Source: Sminthopsis crassicaudata (Eukaryota). From it: a DNA stretch of 64,000 nucleotides. Shown in pieces: positions 22,151 through 34,065 of the stretch. Below the pieces are notes generated by a model. The model was not told the origin of the DNA and did no database searches. It worked only from the letters and a program-made list of their open reading frames with translations. The stretch lies in contig NC_133619.1 of NCBI RefSeq assembly GCF_048593235.1, forward strand, positions 436,755,644-436,819,643, read 5' to 3'. Within the stretch, counting starts at the first letter, position 1; each line of letters starts with the position of its first letter. A program made the position numbers and the translations under genes.

Positions 22151-23859
22151 CTGCCTCCACCTTTTCTCTAAGTAGAAAACTTATATCTAAAGTTTTCCCT
22201 TATTTCTTAGCTCAAACAGCCTCAGACATCATAATGAAAGATCCCCAACTTTAGTCCATAATTTGAAGGAATCCCAAATTGGGGAAAGGCAAGACAAACA
22301 TTATGGAAACAAAGTGAATTTGTTGCCAGAACTTCAAAAAAAAAGCTAAAATTCAATGAATCAAATTAAATTGTAACATAATTCAGCAAATCTTTGGAGT
22401 ACCATTTACCCCAGCTTTTTAACTCTTTCTCTGTGAACAATAATTAAATCAATACTAGCATTATTCAAAAATGTGTGACTATGTGCTGTCTCATGGCTAT
22501 ATTAAAGTACTTTGTGATTCCTTCCATCAAAATTCTTTTCCCTGGGCTACCAGACCCTAATATATGTTTTTGATTCTATTGGAATAGAAGCTCTTTGAGG
22601 GCAGGGATTTTCTCACATCAGTGTTTGTGTGCCTAGAACAATGTCTGATAAACTTCATACTTGCCTTTTCATTCACCCAACAGGACTTTACTCTTTTGGT
22701 AGTTTCTATATTTTTGATTGAATTATTTACTTTTAACCTAAATCTTAAGTGTCATAGAGTCAGGGGCACAATTGTATTGAAAATGTGATAAATTTACTTT
22801 ATATCTTAATGAGAGCCTAACCCTTGTAAGTACTGTGATTATCTACCTTGATATGAGCTGAATCATTCCTTCTTCTGGAATTACACCTGAGAAGTCATCA
22901 GAAAAAATCTAGTGCTACCAGTTATTTTCTCTCCCCAAGCCTTGGATCTATTTCTCTCACAAGGATGCCCTTTGTTTTGTTTCTCCTCCCATCTCCCCAG
23001 TCATCCAAAGCACATTATGCTACCTCTCTTGGCCTACTCTTTCAGTAATGATAGGTGAGCAATTCATCTAGATTGCTCCCTTGCATTAGAGAAATGAAGG
23101 CAGAGATTCCAGAATAACAGAGAATAGCTTTGTTAGTCTGGTAATTAAGACAGGAGTGACATTCAAATGCTGCCTGGACAGGATGTGGCAAATTACTGTA
23201 TTCTTTGTGTGAAAAGCTGTTCCCACTCTGCTTTGTCTTCCCTCCTGGGAGCTCATCATCTTCACTAAAAGTCAAAATGGGATTTTGTACCCTCTATTCC
23301 CTTACCTTTTTCCTCCCTAATATATATCTGCTTTGTGGGAGCTATGTTTGTCAAAATGTGCTAATTTATAGCATGGTGGGGAAAAATGAAACCTCCGCTT
23401 TCAATCCTTATTTTTTAGGTAGCTTTACTCATTGCTTCCTCCTTCTCTCTCTCCCCATCCTGGACTCCCGCCCCTCTATTTCAGTGGAGGTTATTTGCTA
23501 AACAGAACATGTCCCTTTTTTTCTGGCAACATATGAGGTAGGCAAATGGCCACTCATCATCCTTTTTTCAAGTATGTTGTACATACAATTCTCTCTCAGC
23601 TAATAGCTCTTTCTATTGTCCATAATTTATCACTGTCAAGGTTCTTTACATTTTATTTCCTCCTTATGTGTTTCATGAGAAATCTATGCTCTTTCTATTG
23701 TGGTCCTGGATTTCATTAGCATAGACCGTAAGCTATCGATATATATCTCTATATTCTGTAACACACTAAGGCACAGATTCTTTGTAAAGAAATGGGATAT
23801 GACTTTTATTGGTATGTTTTTCCTCATTTCCTCTCAGTCTCTCTTTTCTCTTCTAAACC

Positions 23860-24200
23860 ATTATAAAGTAGGTACCAAAGGTATCCTGGGTAATTAGCCA
23901 TTACAGTACTGTCACAGAGGGTTCNNNNNNNNNNNNNNNNNNNNNNNNNNNNNNNNNNNNNNNNNNNNNNNNNNNNNNNNNNNNNNNNNNNNNNNNNNNN
24001 NNNNNNNNNNNNNNNNNNNNNNNNNNNNNNNNNNNNNNNNNNNNNNNNNNNNNNNNAGCCAAGCAACCCAAGCAGAGATAAACATTACAACAGCCCACAA
24101 TCACAGACATGAAGACTTCCTCTTTAAGAAAGCCTGCTTGATGTTCCAAGAGCACAACCTCCAATGCAAAAGGGGGACTGAATTAATTTTTTTCAGGTTA
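23860..24200. promoter_or_regulatory. Putative conserved non-coding element (contains N-gap 23925-24056)
   Basis: Unique sequence; TAATTA at 23891 and CTGTCA at 23909 next to the gap. Confidence 0.45.
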
Positions 24201-25079
24201 TAAAAATAAAAATTAAATTGTTATATGGAAGAAATCTCACCATAACAAATGACATCCCTGAGAAACGACATAATAATGGATTGTTTTGTTCAGAAATTTT
24301 GAAACTTATAATTGGTTGTTTTTCCACTTAGTCATTCTTCTGATTCAACATACTGTGTGTGGGGGAGAGGTGTGTTTTATGCCCCAAAAGCATTGTACTA
24401 TTTTATTTTTAAGAGTTACAAAGGATTCTCTCCTTGTGTGGTTTGCTATTGGCATTTTGAAATCAAATGAGATAATATTCAAAGTGCTTTACAGATGTTA
24501 AAATGATATTAAAATGCTTATCAATATTATTTTTGTAAAGCACAGTGGGACAGTCCCCCATCATGGATATTCTTCTTACATTGTGCTACAATTGTCTCTC
24601 ATATTGTTTTCTCTCTTGTTTTAGAATGGGAAACACTAACAATCTTTTATTAAAACAAGACTGACACTGACTCCATAATCAAATTTGAATATTTAACAAA
24701 ATATAACACTAAAGCAGCTCATTCACAACTTAGGCAAAGTAGAGCCTCTTCCCTCTCAATAAAAGCAAATAATCTTTGACATATCAAGATGGAACTCTAA
24801 TTAGAAAGTGGCAAATAAAATACCTGAAAATTAATCTAATGGAAAAAATACTGAATGATTTTTGAAATTTAGAATTGTAGTTCTTGATTCTGCTAGACTA
24901 CCCTAAAACCCCATGATTAAAATTATAGGATCTTAAGTCTAAGCTAAAAGACAACTTAAAGGCTATCTAGCCTAATTCCATTATATAGATGAGACAGCTG
25001 AGGCTCAAGAAGAGTAAGTGACCTGCCTAATGCACAAAAGCAGGATATAAAGCCCTTCAAAACTCACAACCCTTTCTTG

Positions 25080-25760
25080 TCTTACTCCATATTAGTTCTT
25101 TCCATATCTCTGACTTAGTAAAAACTGTTCTAATAGCTCTCTCTTTTAAAAAAAATCCTATTTCCCATCTCCATTCCTTTATACACATTAACTCCCATTT
25201 TTGGAATGATCTTTTACCTACTTCTGTCTTGTAGAATCTCTTATCTTTTGCAGAAACACAAGTCAGGTGCTATTTCCTACCAAAAAAATTTCTTGATTCC
25301 CTACCCTCCCTTATCAATTATTTTCTTACCCTCTCCACTTTCTCATTTTCTCTTTTCATCTCTTCTTCTTTTTCCTCCTCCTCCTCTTCTCCTCCTTCTC
25401 TTCCTCTGCTACCTTCTCCTCCTCTTCTTCTTCATCTTCTTTTTTCCTTCTCCCTTTTCTCCTTTTTTCTCCTTTTCCTCTTTTTCATCTTTCTTCTTTG
25501 TCCTCTTCTTTCCTTCCCTCTCCAACTCTCATTTTTCTTCTTCTTTCTCTTTCTCTCTCTTCACCCACCCCTTTTCCCCCCTTCTTTGTTCTGCATATAT
25601 TTTTACATATATTTGCGCAAATGTTTAATTCCTCTGGAAAAAAAAGTAAACTCTTTGAAGTGAGGGTTATTTTTTATCCTGTCTTTATCCACAGAATGCT
25701 AGACATTGCTTTACACAATGATGTTTAATAAATATTTACTAACTTGAATTGAATTGAATT
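25080..25760 (+). mobile_element. L2 3' region split by a polypyrimidine tract
   Basis: L2-type tail aataaatatttactaacttgaattgaattga at about 25725-25760. Confidence 0.6.
25340..25590 (+). repeat. CT-rich polypyrimidine tract
   Basis: Direct reading. Confidence 0.95.
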
Positions 25761-26261
25761 GACTTCAGCAGAGCAACAGGGCAAAGATTTTGTCCATCTT
25801 GACTTTGTACCTTAGGTCTTATGAGAAATTATTGTTATATAAATCACTCTCATGTAGTCATGGCACAGGAAATTCAATGCAAGCTCATTTTGAGTATTTT
25901 TACTGCCTGTATTGGGACATAGGGACAAAGAATAACATCCTTTCAAATAAGGCTGCCGAGGGAGAAGAGAATGCACCACAGCGGGGACTGATGATCTAGC
26001 TTGGTGAAGCAGCCAGTAAGGGAATGGCAGTTTTCTGACAAAGGCATAATAAGGAAGGCCAGAAATTAATGAGCTAGAAGTTCATAATGTGGCAAGACTT
26101 GATAGACTAGACTGTGATTAGGATTCAAAAGATAGATTCTAAGGGGTCATAGGATAGGAAATATTCATTTTCACATATTTATATTTATATACTACCATAT
26201 GATTACAAAATGTGCACATATATATTACCTCATTTGCTCTTTTCAAATAATCCCATTAGTT

Positions 26262-26470
26262 AATTAGTACTGGATCTGGAATCAGGAAGACCTGAGTTCC
26301 AATCCTAACTCAGTAACATACTTAGCTGTGTGACCTTAAGCAAATTACTTACCTTTATATATAACTTCAGTTTAATCATCTATAAAATGATATCACGATA
26401 ACACCTATCTCCCCAGCTTATTAACAAATGAGATAATATATGTAAAGTGCTTTGTAAACCTTAAAGTATT
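26262..26470 (+). mobile_element. MIR
   Basis: ctggaatcaggaagacctgagttcc...gtaaagtgctttgtaaaccttaaagt. Confidence 0.8.
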
Positions 26471-26474
26471 ATAC

Positions 26475-27062
26475 ACACACACAGACTACACTATATATAT
26501 TCTACATATATATGCATATATTTTCTAGATTTGTATATACATATAGACTGTATGTATTCACACATATATGTATACACACATAGATTGTAATAAATATATT
26601 CTCTATATGTAGTATATACACATATAAACTGTAATATATATACATTTCATATATATATACACACATACACACATGCACACACACAAAATTTATGCTATAT
26701 TTTTGTTTGTATACACATGTATGGGTTGTACTATATACACACATATATTCTCTCTATACATAAATACATAGACTATACTATACACATATATATTCTATAT
26801 ATATGTATATCTAGATATAGATATATAGATATGGACTACACCATTGTGTATTCTAGAATATACACTAATCTGTGATCTGTGTATAGTATATGTACATGTT
26901 CTCTCTATATGTAAATATACTTATAGACTTCACTATATACATATATATATTCTCTCTATTCATATATACCCATATAGATTAAATTATTTTTATATATATT
27001 TTCTCTATGTGTATATACATATATACATATATTCTCTCTGTATATGCACATATGTGCATACT
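26475..27062. repeat. TA/CA-rich low-complexity tract with a degenerate minisatellite substructure
   Basis: Recurrent agact...tattct units. Confidence 0.85.
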
Positions 27063-28069
27063 AGCCATTAGTAGTAGTTTTAAGCAGGAAGAAAAGTGCT
27101 CAGCTTGGAGATAGGAATCATATCTTGTCCCTACTACTTAGGATTACTTGGGTGACATGGGCAGGTCAAGATACCTAATATCTCTAGAAACTCCCTCATT
27201 TCTCTCTTTCTATTAGTGGAGTAGGCCACTGAAGACTCTTTCTGCCCTGTAATACATGATGCCCATCATAGAGATGAATAAATAGAAAATTAGGAGAAAA
27301 ATGACTTGCTCAGGTCCCATGACTAGTTAGTAGCATGGCTGGAAACAATGTTCCCCCTAAGTTAGATTATGCAAAATATTATGATACAAAAGCAACAAGA
27401 GAAAGAAGTTAACCATATTTATTAAACATGTGAACAGAATTTGAAGAAGGATCAATTAAAATGATGGTGAAGTTTCCATGATCCAATTCGTCCCCTTGAG
27501 ACAATTGTGGCTAGGTGGATCCCACACAGGGTAAATCTAGGGTCAGAGATGACTTTCCAAGAGTCTTCTAGAGACTGACTACTGTCTCTACTAACTCCAC
27601 CTATCTACTGTCCTGCATATTCCTGTGGTGAATGTTATAAAATCTTCAGCTTGGAAAAGATCTTACATGTCTTCCTGTACAATGCAAACATCTTGTTGAC
27701 CAATGATGTCAAACTCATACAGAATTAACATTATTAACATATTAATATTATGTTCTATTGCATTTTAATTTATTAAATATTTGCCAATCCCATTCTGATC
27801 TGATTCTTGTTGCCCTCAGAGATGTGGCAAACACAGTTCATAAAAGGGTTCATAAGCTCGTGGATTCATAAGGATTTTAGATAAGGATTTTAGAGGATCA
27901 ATAGTTGATCTACCAGAACTGGAGTCCAAAGAGATTAAATGATTTATCTAAGGTCACACAGATAGGAAGTAGAGGACCTCAACCCATATCCTTCAAAGCC
28001 ACATCGAGTCCTCTTTCACTACATAATATTTCCTCTTGTGCAGTGTAAGCCAATAGCTGGATTGAGTGA

Positions 28070-28270
28070 ATAATAGATAGAGTATTGAGCTTGGAAGTCT
28101 GGAACACCTAAATTTGAATCCTGCCTCATATAATTACTACCTATGTGATTCTAGGAAAGTCACTTAACCTGTCTTGCCTCAGTTTGCTCAGCTATAAAAT
28201 GAAGTTTAAAATGACAGCTTCCTGAAGTGTAGTCATGAAGGTCAAATTAGATAATACAGACAAAGTCTAT
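28070..28270 (+). mobile_element. MIR
   Basis: ggaaagtcacttaacctgtcttgcctcagtttgctcagctataaaatg. Confidence 0.75.
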
Positions 28271-29177
28271 ATTATCTGCTAATGGTAATGCTGATGGTGA
28301 TATTTCAACTGTAACTCACATAAAAGCAGAAGCCAAGGTGCTGAGAAACACAAGGATGTTCTTTGCATACATTTCTATTTGTTTTCATACAATTGAAGAT
28401 AAATGAAATCAAGAGTAGGAAAATTAGAGAAAAAAAGATGAAAATAAGCAAGCTGACCCTCCGTAAATATGTTATCAATATGCATTTAGAATTGGAAAAG
28501 ATCTTTAAAAGAGATCCAATCTAATCCCTCACTTTATTAATCAGGAAACTGAGGCAAAGAGAGGAAACATGACTTATTCCAGACCACAAAAATAAGAAAT
28601 AATAGAATTATTATTTGAGTCCAGGTCTTCTCATTCCAAATCTTATACTTTTTCAACTACACCAAACTCATATCATGACCCAGACTCATACTTCTTAAGG
28701 CTTTCCCTTTTTTAGTATCTTTGGTCCTGTCCTACTTTTATGTGCTACATAGTATCAACTAGCTTTTTCCCATCTGGCTACACTCATTTAGGACTTCCAC
28801 AATTGGCTTTTCAGTTCTTTTGTATGTTGTCTTCCCCATTAGAGTAAGGATTATCTATCTTTTAAATTTTGTATCCCTAATACTTAGCACAGTGCTTAAT
28901 AAACACTTATTGACTCCTGATTGACATTTTCTATTCTTATCAAAAAGGAAAGATCTGAGATCATTTGCACTTAAACTAAAATTCATTCACCGTAATGTGT
29001 TTTTCTTCTATTTATATATATATTATGTTAATATAGCAGACAAATCCAAAAGAACTCATAAACCAGTTTTAAACAAAACATGTTTTGTAGAAATAGCTAA
29101 GCAAAATTCATACACACATATACATGCGTATGCTTAAGCATGTGTGTACATGTGTATATGGATGTTTGGGCAGCTAA

Positions 29178-29295
29178 ATGGTTGGAGATTCATTAGAGAA
29201 GGAAATGGCAAACCACTCTTTTATCTTTGCCAAGAAAATCCTATGGACAGTATGGTCCATGGGATCGTGAAAAGTCAGACATGACCAAACAACAG
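29178..29295 (+). mobile_element. MAR1-type RTE tail
   Basis: gagaaggaaatggcaaaccactc...ccaagaaaatcc...gaaaagtcagacatgacc. Confidence 0.75.
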
Positions 29296-29399
29296 AATAT
29301 GTGTGTCCATGTGTGTATCCATGTAAATATATACACATATCTATATATATACCCATACATGGGGTGTATGAAGTGTTTATGGAGGACTAGAACCTCTAG

Positions 29400-29880
29400 T
29401 GATAGTACTTCTCAAGCCCTTTTGAGGGCTGCTAATCCACCTTTGTTGTTTGCCTGTCACTTAGTTCTCACCTATGGCTCCAAGAAATTGTACCATGTAC
29501 AATAGTCACACTCCTGTAGACACCAGCTCAGCAGGTGGACTAAACAGATTTAGGGTAATTGGCAGGCCTCAAATCTGTCAGTGAATTAGGGGACCATCTA
29601 CCTAAGAAGGTACCTTGCTTCCCCTGCCATAATGGAAGAATATTCCATTGGCCATGAAATCAGCTGAATCAGGCTCTTTGGGGTGCATAGAGCTTGGGCT
29701 GACATTGAAGATGCCATGGTCATCCACTGCATCCCAGGTCATTACCAGTCATCTTAACTTTTGTATTGTCACTGGATTTCAATGCTTCAGAAAGAGAGGG
29801 TGAGACTGATGACTTTGTACAATTCTGCCTCACTTAAATCCAATGAAATCATCCTGTGATGTCATTAGTTCCCTTAAAAT
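29400..29880 (+). mobile_element. RTE-related SINE (WALLSI3/RTESINE-type)
   Basis: gagggctgctaatccacctttg...gccatggtcatccactgcatccc...ctgcctcacttaaatcc. Confidence 0.7.
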
Positions 29881-32009
29881 TTAAAGGGATGTATATAGGG
29901 GATAGAGAACACATACACAGACATATTTGTACATGTGTGCATAGAATAAAATAAATATATATTATGTATGGTGCTTATACTCTAAATATATATTTATATT
30001 TACACACAGAGATAGCTAGCTAGCTAGCTAGATAATCTTTTATAATATATGACCTTAGAGAGTTTTCCTGGGTAACTGAGAGGTTAATGCAAGAAGACTC
30101 CTAGGTTTTCTTGACTCAGAGGGAGGAAGAGTATATGTTTGAAGCTAAGATCAAGCTAGTATCAGTAGTGTCCATTATATGTTTCTTGAGTTTTCATTTA
30201 TGTAGCATGCATGTTATTCCTTTCAGTATTGTTTTCTTCATTTCTCATCACTTCATAGAGGTCTTCCCACATTCAATTCGACTCTGCATATCCATCCTTC
30301 CTTATGGTGCAGGAATAGTCCATTACGTTCCTACAAGGCAATTTATACAGCCATTTTCCAATTGTTCAGTGTTTTGTTTACTTCCAGCTTTTTTGCTATT
30401 TTAAATAGAATTTCTATGAATAACTCTTAGCATATGAGTCTTTTCCTGCTATTAGCTTCCTTGGGGTAAACCAGGAAATAGGTTCACTGGATCAAAAGGC
30501 AAGTACAATTTTGTAACATTTCTTGTGCAATTCCAAATTACTTCTCCAAACTATCAAATTCCTTCACAATTTCACCAGCAATGAGTTGCATGGTCATTTT
30601 CCTACGGTTTCTGCAATGCTGAGGTTTTTTTTCTGTTACTTTCTTTTCTAATTTAGTATAATAGAAAGAAAAGAGCATTGACTCCAAACAACATGAGTTC
30701 AAATCCCAGCTCCAGTTGTTACTACTTTTGTCATCTTAGGACTCAGTACCTTCACCTTTAAAATGAAGAAATTTGACTAGAATGGTCTCTGCAACTCTAA
30801 TTCTAGATTTGTGGTACTATGAATTTTATGGGAATAACTTAATGCTTGTGAGTTGTTTTCAATAATCTGATACTTTATTTAGATTATTTTCATTTTATAA
30901 TTTTGATTCCATAATTATAGGATAATAAGGGATTTATTCTAGTCAAGGAAATTTCACGTAGCTGGAAATAAATGGGAATATATTAGGAATTGGATAAGAA
31001 GGTTTGCTTTTGACCTTAAAACAAGATTGAACCTCAAGGTCACCTGATTTTAGATATTTTATTTCTGTATAGGTACATTTTAGAAAAAGTGAAAATGTTA
31101 TGAATGAGAAGTGCTCTGAAAGATTATGATCATGGGTGCAGTACCAAAGAAGCAAATGTAGCACATTTGTAGAAATATCTAAGAGACACCCTTCCCCTTC
31201 AAGTCAGAGCAGTCACATAGAGTCTTATCTACTATGAGAACACTTATTTGGTTGCTAATCTGGAAATCTATGGGTTTACTTTTAATACAATCTCTGACTT
31301 CTCAGGATTATTATTTCTTCTGCCTTGAGATGTAAGAGTAATTCTCTGAATGCCAAGTGTTAGGGGCAAGGTACCTTTCCCTAACCAGGCCTAATCCTCT
31401 GAGAACATAAGTCTCTCAGGTAAGCTTGTATGTCTGTCTTATTTGTAGCTTCTTTCCTTTGGTTCAGGACCTTGTGAGATCTCAAAAGATGGCTAGAATT
31501 TTTCCCCTTTTCCAGATAATCAAGAAGTGAAATATTAGGTACTGAAGTGGTTGCAGTAGTAAAAGAGCATCCCTGTTGCAAATACCCCAACATGGTTTAA
31601 ATATTAATTTCTCAACTGAATGCTATAGAGCATTCCTCTATAGTTCTTTATTGTATAGCATTCCTTTTCTGTGTGAAAATAAAATCTTCAGGTTTATATA
31701 TGATGCATATTTATATTCTAAATGATTCTTTTTGCTTCTTCCGGCCTCCTTAGAAACTTTCTGATCCTTGGAGCACATGTTTTCTGGTATATGAGATGTT
31801 GAGAGTTTATATCTTTTTATGACTGGGAAGCTGAGAATCTGAGATTGATTGCCTTATTTGATTTTTCCTTTTCTTATTTACTATCCCATTCCAGTTAAAT
31901 ATTTTAATATTTGATGAATAATTTCTGCATTGTCTATAGGTAAAGGAGGAACTGGATGGGGGCACATACTATCTTTCCACTGAATACAAGTAATAATAGT
32001 AATAATAAA

Positions 32010-32250
32010 CAACTAGAATTTGTGTTTTGAGGTTTGTAAAGCATTTTGTAAGTATTATTTCATTCTATGTACACAACTCTGGGAGATGTGAACTATTATT
32101 ATCCCCATTCTGCAGATGAGGAAACTGAGGCAAAAAAGGGAAAGAAACATGCTGTGAGATCTAGGGTAAAGTATCTAAAGCTCATTTTGAATTCAGATAT
32201 TCCTAACTCCAGGTTCAGCATTCTATCCACCGTTTCACCTAGCAAAGTCT
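32010..32250 (-). mobile_element. MIR
   Basis: atccccattctgcagatgaggaaactgaggc core. Confidence 0.8.
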
Positions 32251-32329
32251 ATGCAAACTTGAGCCCAATACCTTTCATTGTTGAATGGGCCAATCTAAAT
32301 TACCACATAGAAATGGATATCTAGGCTTC

Positions 32330-33085
32330 ACCTGAAAAACTCTCTTAAGGGAGAGACTCTTGACATGGGGCTTTGAGCTTATCTATTTAGTTTATATTTT
32401 AACTGTATTTTAATATAATTGATTCCTTTTGTAACTATGGATTTTATTTGTGCATTTAAAAGGCTTATTCTACAGAGAGGCTTAGAGAGAATTATATTAA
32501 CTGATGCTGAGTGAAATGAGCAGAACTAGGAGATCATATACACTTCAACAATGATACTGTATGAGGATGTATTCTGATGGAAGTGGATATCTTCAACATA
32601 GAGAAGAGCTAATCCAGTTCCAATTGATCAATGATGGACAGAATCAACTACACCCAGAAAAGGAAATGAGTGTAAACTGTTTGCATTTTTTTGATTTTCT
32701 TCCCAGGTTATTTTTACCTTCCGAATCCAATTCTTCCTTTGCAACGACAACAACAACAAAATTCGGTTCTGCACATGTATATTGTATCTAGGATATACTA
32801 TAACATATTTAATATGTATGGGACTGCCTGCCATCTAGGGGAGGGAGTGGAAGGAAGGAGGGGAAAATTCAGAACAGAAGGGAGTACAAGGGATAATGTT
32901 GTAAAATATTACCTATGCATATGTACTGTCAAAAATGTTATAATTATAAAATTTTAAAAATATATTTAAAAATAATTTATTTATTTATTAAAAAAAAAAA
33001 AAGCTTATTCTAAGAAAAGGTCCATATGCTTTACCAACCTGCAAAGTTGTCCATGACTCATACAAAAACATTTAGAATCCCTACT
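32330..33085 (-). mobile_element. Non-autonomous hAT-like MITE, split by a young L1
   Basis: tgcatttaaaa..ttattct..agaaaaggtccata..ttaccaacctgcaaag..gtccatgac..ttagaatccct; homologous to the copies at 33.9, 36.9 and 41.2 kb. Confidence 0.6.
32473..33000 (+). mobile_element. Young 5'-truncated L1 with polyA and TSD
   Basis: TSD core gcttattcta on both sides (left ends 32472, right ends 33012); A-tail at 32990-33000; CpGs retained. Confidence 0.9.
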
Positions 33086-33119
33086 CTAAGGCTACACATA
33101 TTCCAATACTTTAATTGTA

Positions 33120-33530
33120 CTATCTATTTTTTTTAGCTCATGCATTGGACTTTGCATTTTTCCTTCTCAAACTTTGTCTCAGTAGGTATGGTCTATCCAT
33201 TATTCTAGTCTTTGGTAGTCTTTATTTTACAATCTGCCATGTAGACTATGTGGTCTAACTTTATGCCATTTGCAAATCTGATAAGCATTCCAAATCACTG
33301 ATACAAGTGTTGAACAAAGCAGAACCTACAATAAAACCCTGGAGCATTCCACTGGAGACCTCATTAAAGGTTAATATTGATCCATCAATCACAAATCTCT
33401 AAATTCAGTCATTCAACTAGTTCCAAGTCTACCCACCCTACAATTAACCCAAATATTGCCATTGTGGTCACAAGTATATCATGAGACTTTTTGAATATTA
33501 CTGAAATCAAAGAATATTCTATGCTATCTA
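33120..33530 (-). mobile_element. L3/CR1 reverse-transcriptase region remnant
   Basis: atttgcaaatctgataagcat...ccctggagcattccactggagacc...agtcattcaactag matches antisense CR1 RT. Confidence 0.7.
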
Positions 33531-33574
33531 TGGTATGCTTCAGATTTGCTCGTATGATGCTGACTGGAGAGAGA

Positions 33575-33700
33575 AAGGAAGAAGAGAGAAAAAAAAGAGA
33601 GAGTCAAAGAGACACAGATACAGGGAAAGAGATAGAGACAGAGACACAGAGTCAGAGCTATACATAAAAAGAGCCAGAGATAGAGATAGAGAGAGAGATA
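33575..33700 (+). repeat. (GA)/(GATA)-rich microsatellite next to an N-gap
   Basis: Direct reading. Confidence 0.9.
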
Positions 33701-33892
33701 NNNNNNNNNNNNNNNNNNNNNNNNNNNNNNNNNNNNNNNNNNNNNNNNNNNNNNNNNNNNNNNNNNNNNNNNNNNNNNNNNNNNNNNNNNNNNNNNNNNN
33801 NNNNNNNNNNNNNNNNNNNNNNNNNNNNAATCTATGCTGAGGTAGGGATGACCACTTTTTAGCAAAGAGTTCACAAACAAAACCTTGTGCTG

Positions 33893-34065
33893 GCCCAGGT
33901 GCTCTTAATCTGTTTTGTGTCTTAGATCCCTTAAGCAGTCTGGTGAAGATTATGGACCCTTGCTCAGAATAATGTTTTGAATTGTATAAAATAAAACACA
34001 TATGATTATAATGGAAATCACTTATATTGAAATACAGTTGTAGATTTTTTTAAGTTTGTAGATTA
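33893..34065 (+). mobile_element. hAT-like MITE
   Basis: caggtgctcttaatc...gcagtctggtgaag..tggacccttgctcagaataatgttt. Confidence 0.65.

Noticed and set aside
25206-25628. 140-aa hydrophobic ORF resembling a membrane protein
   Set aside because: It is the translation of the CT-rich tract inside an L2.
31330-31425. 90-bp candidate exon ending in CAG|GTAAGC
   Set aside because: It has stops in all three frames, a modest acceptor and no partner exons.
33535-33840. RD/RE-rich ORF resembling a splicing-factor domain
   Set aside because: It is the translation of a GA/GATA microsatellite running into a gap.
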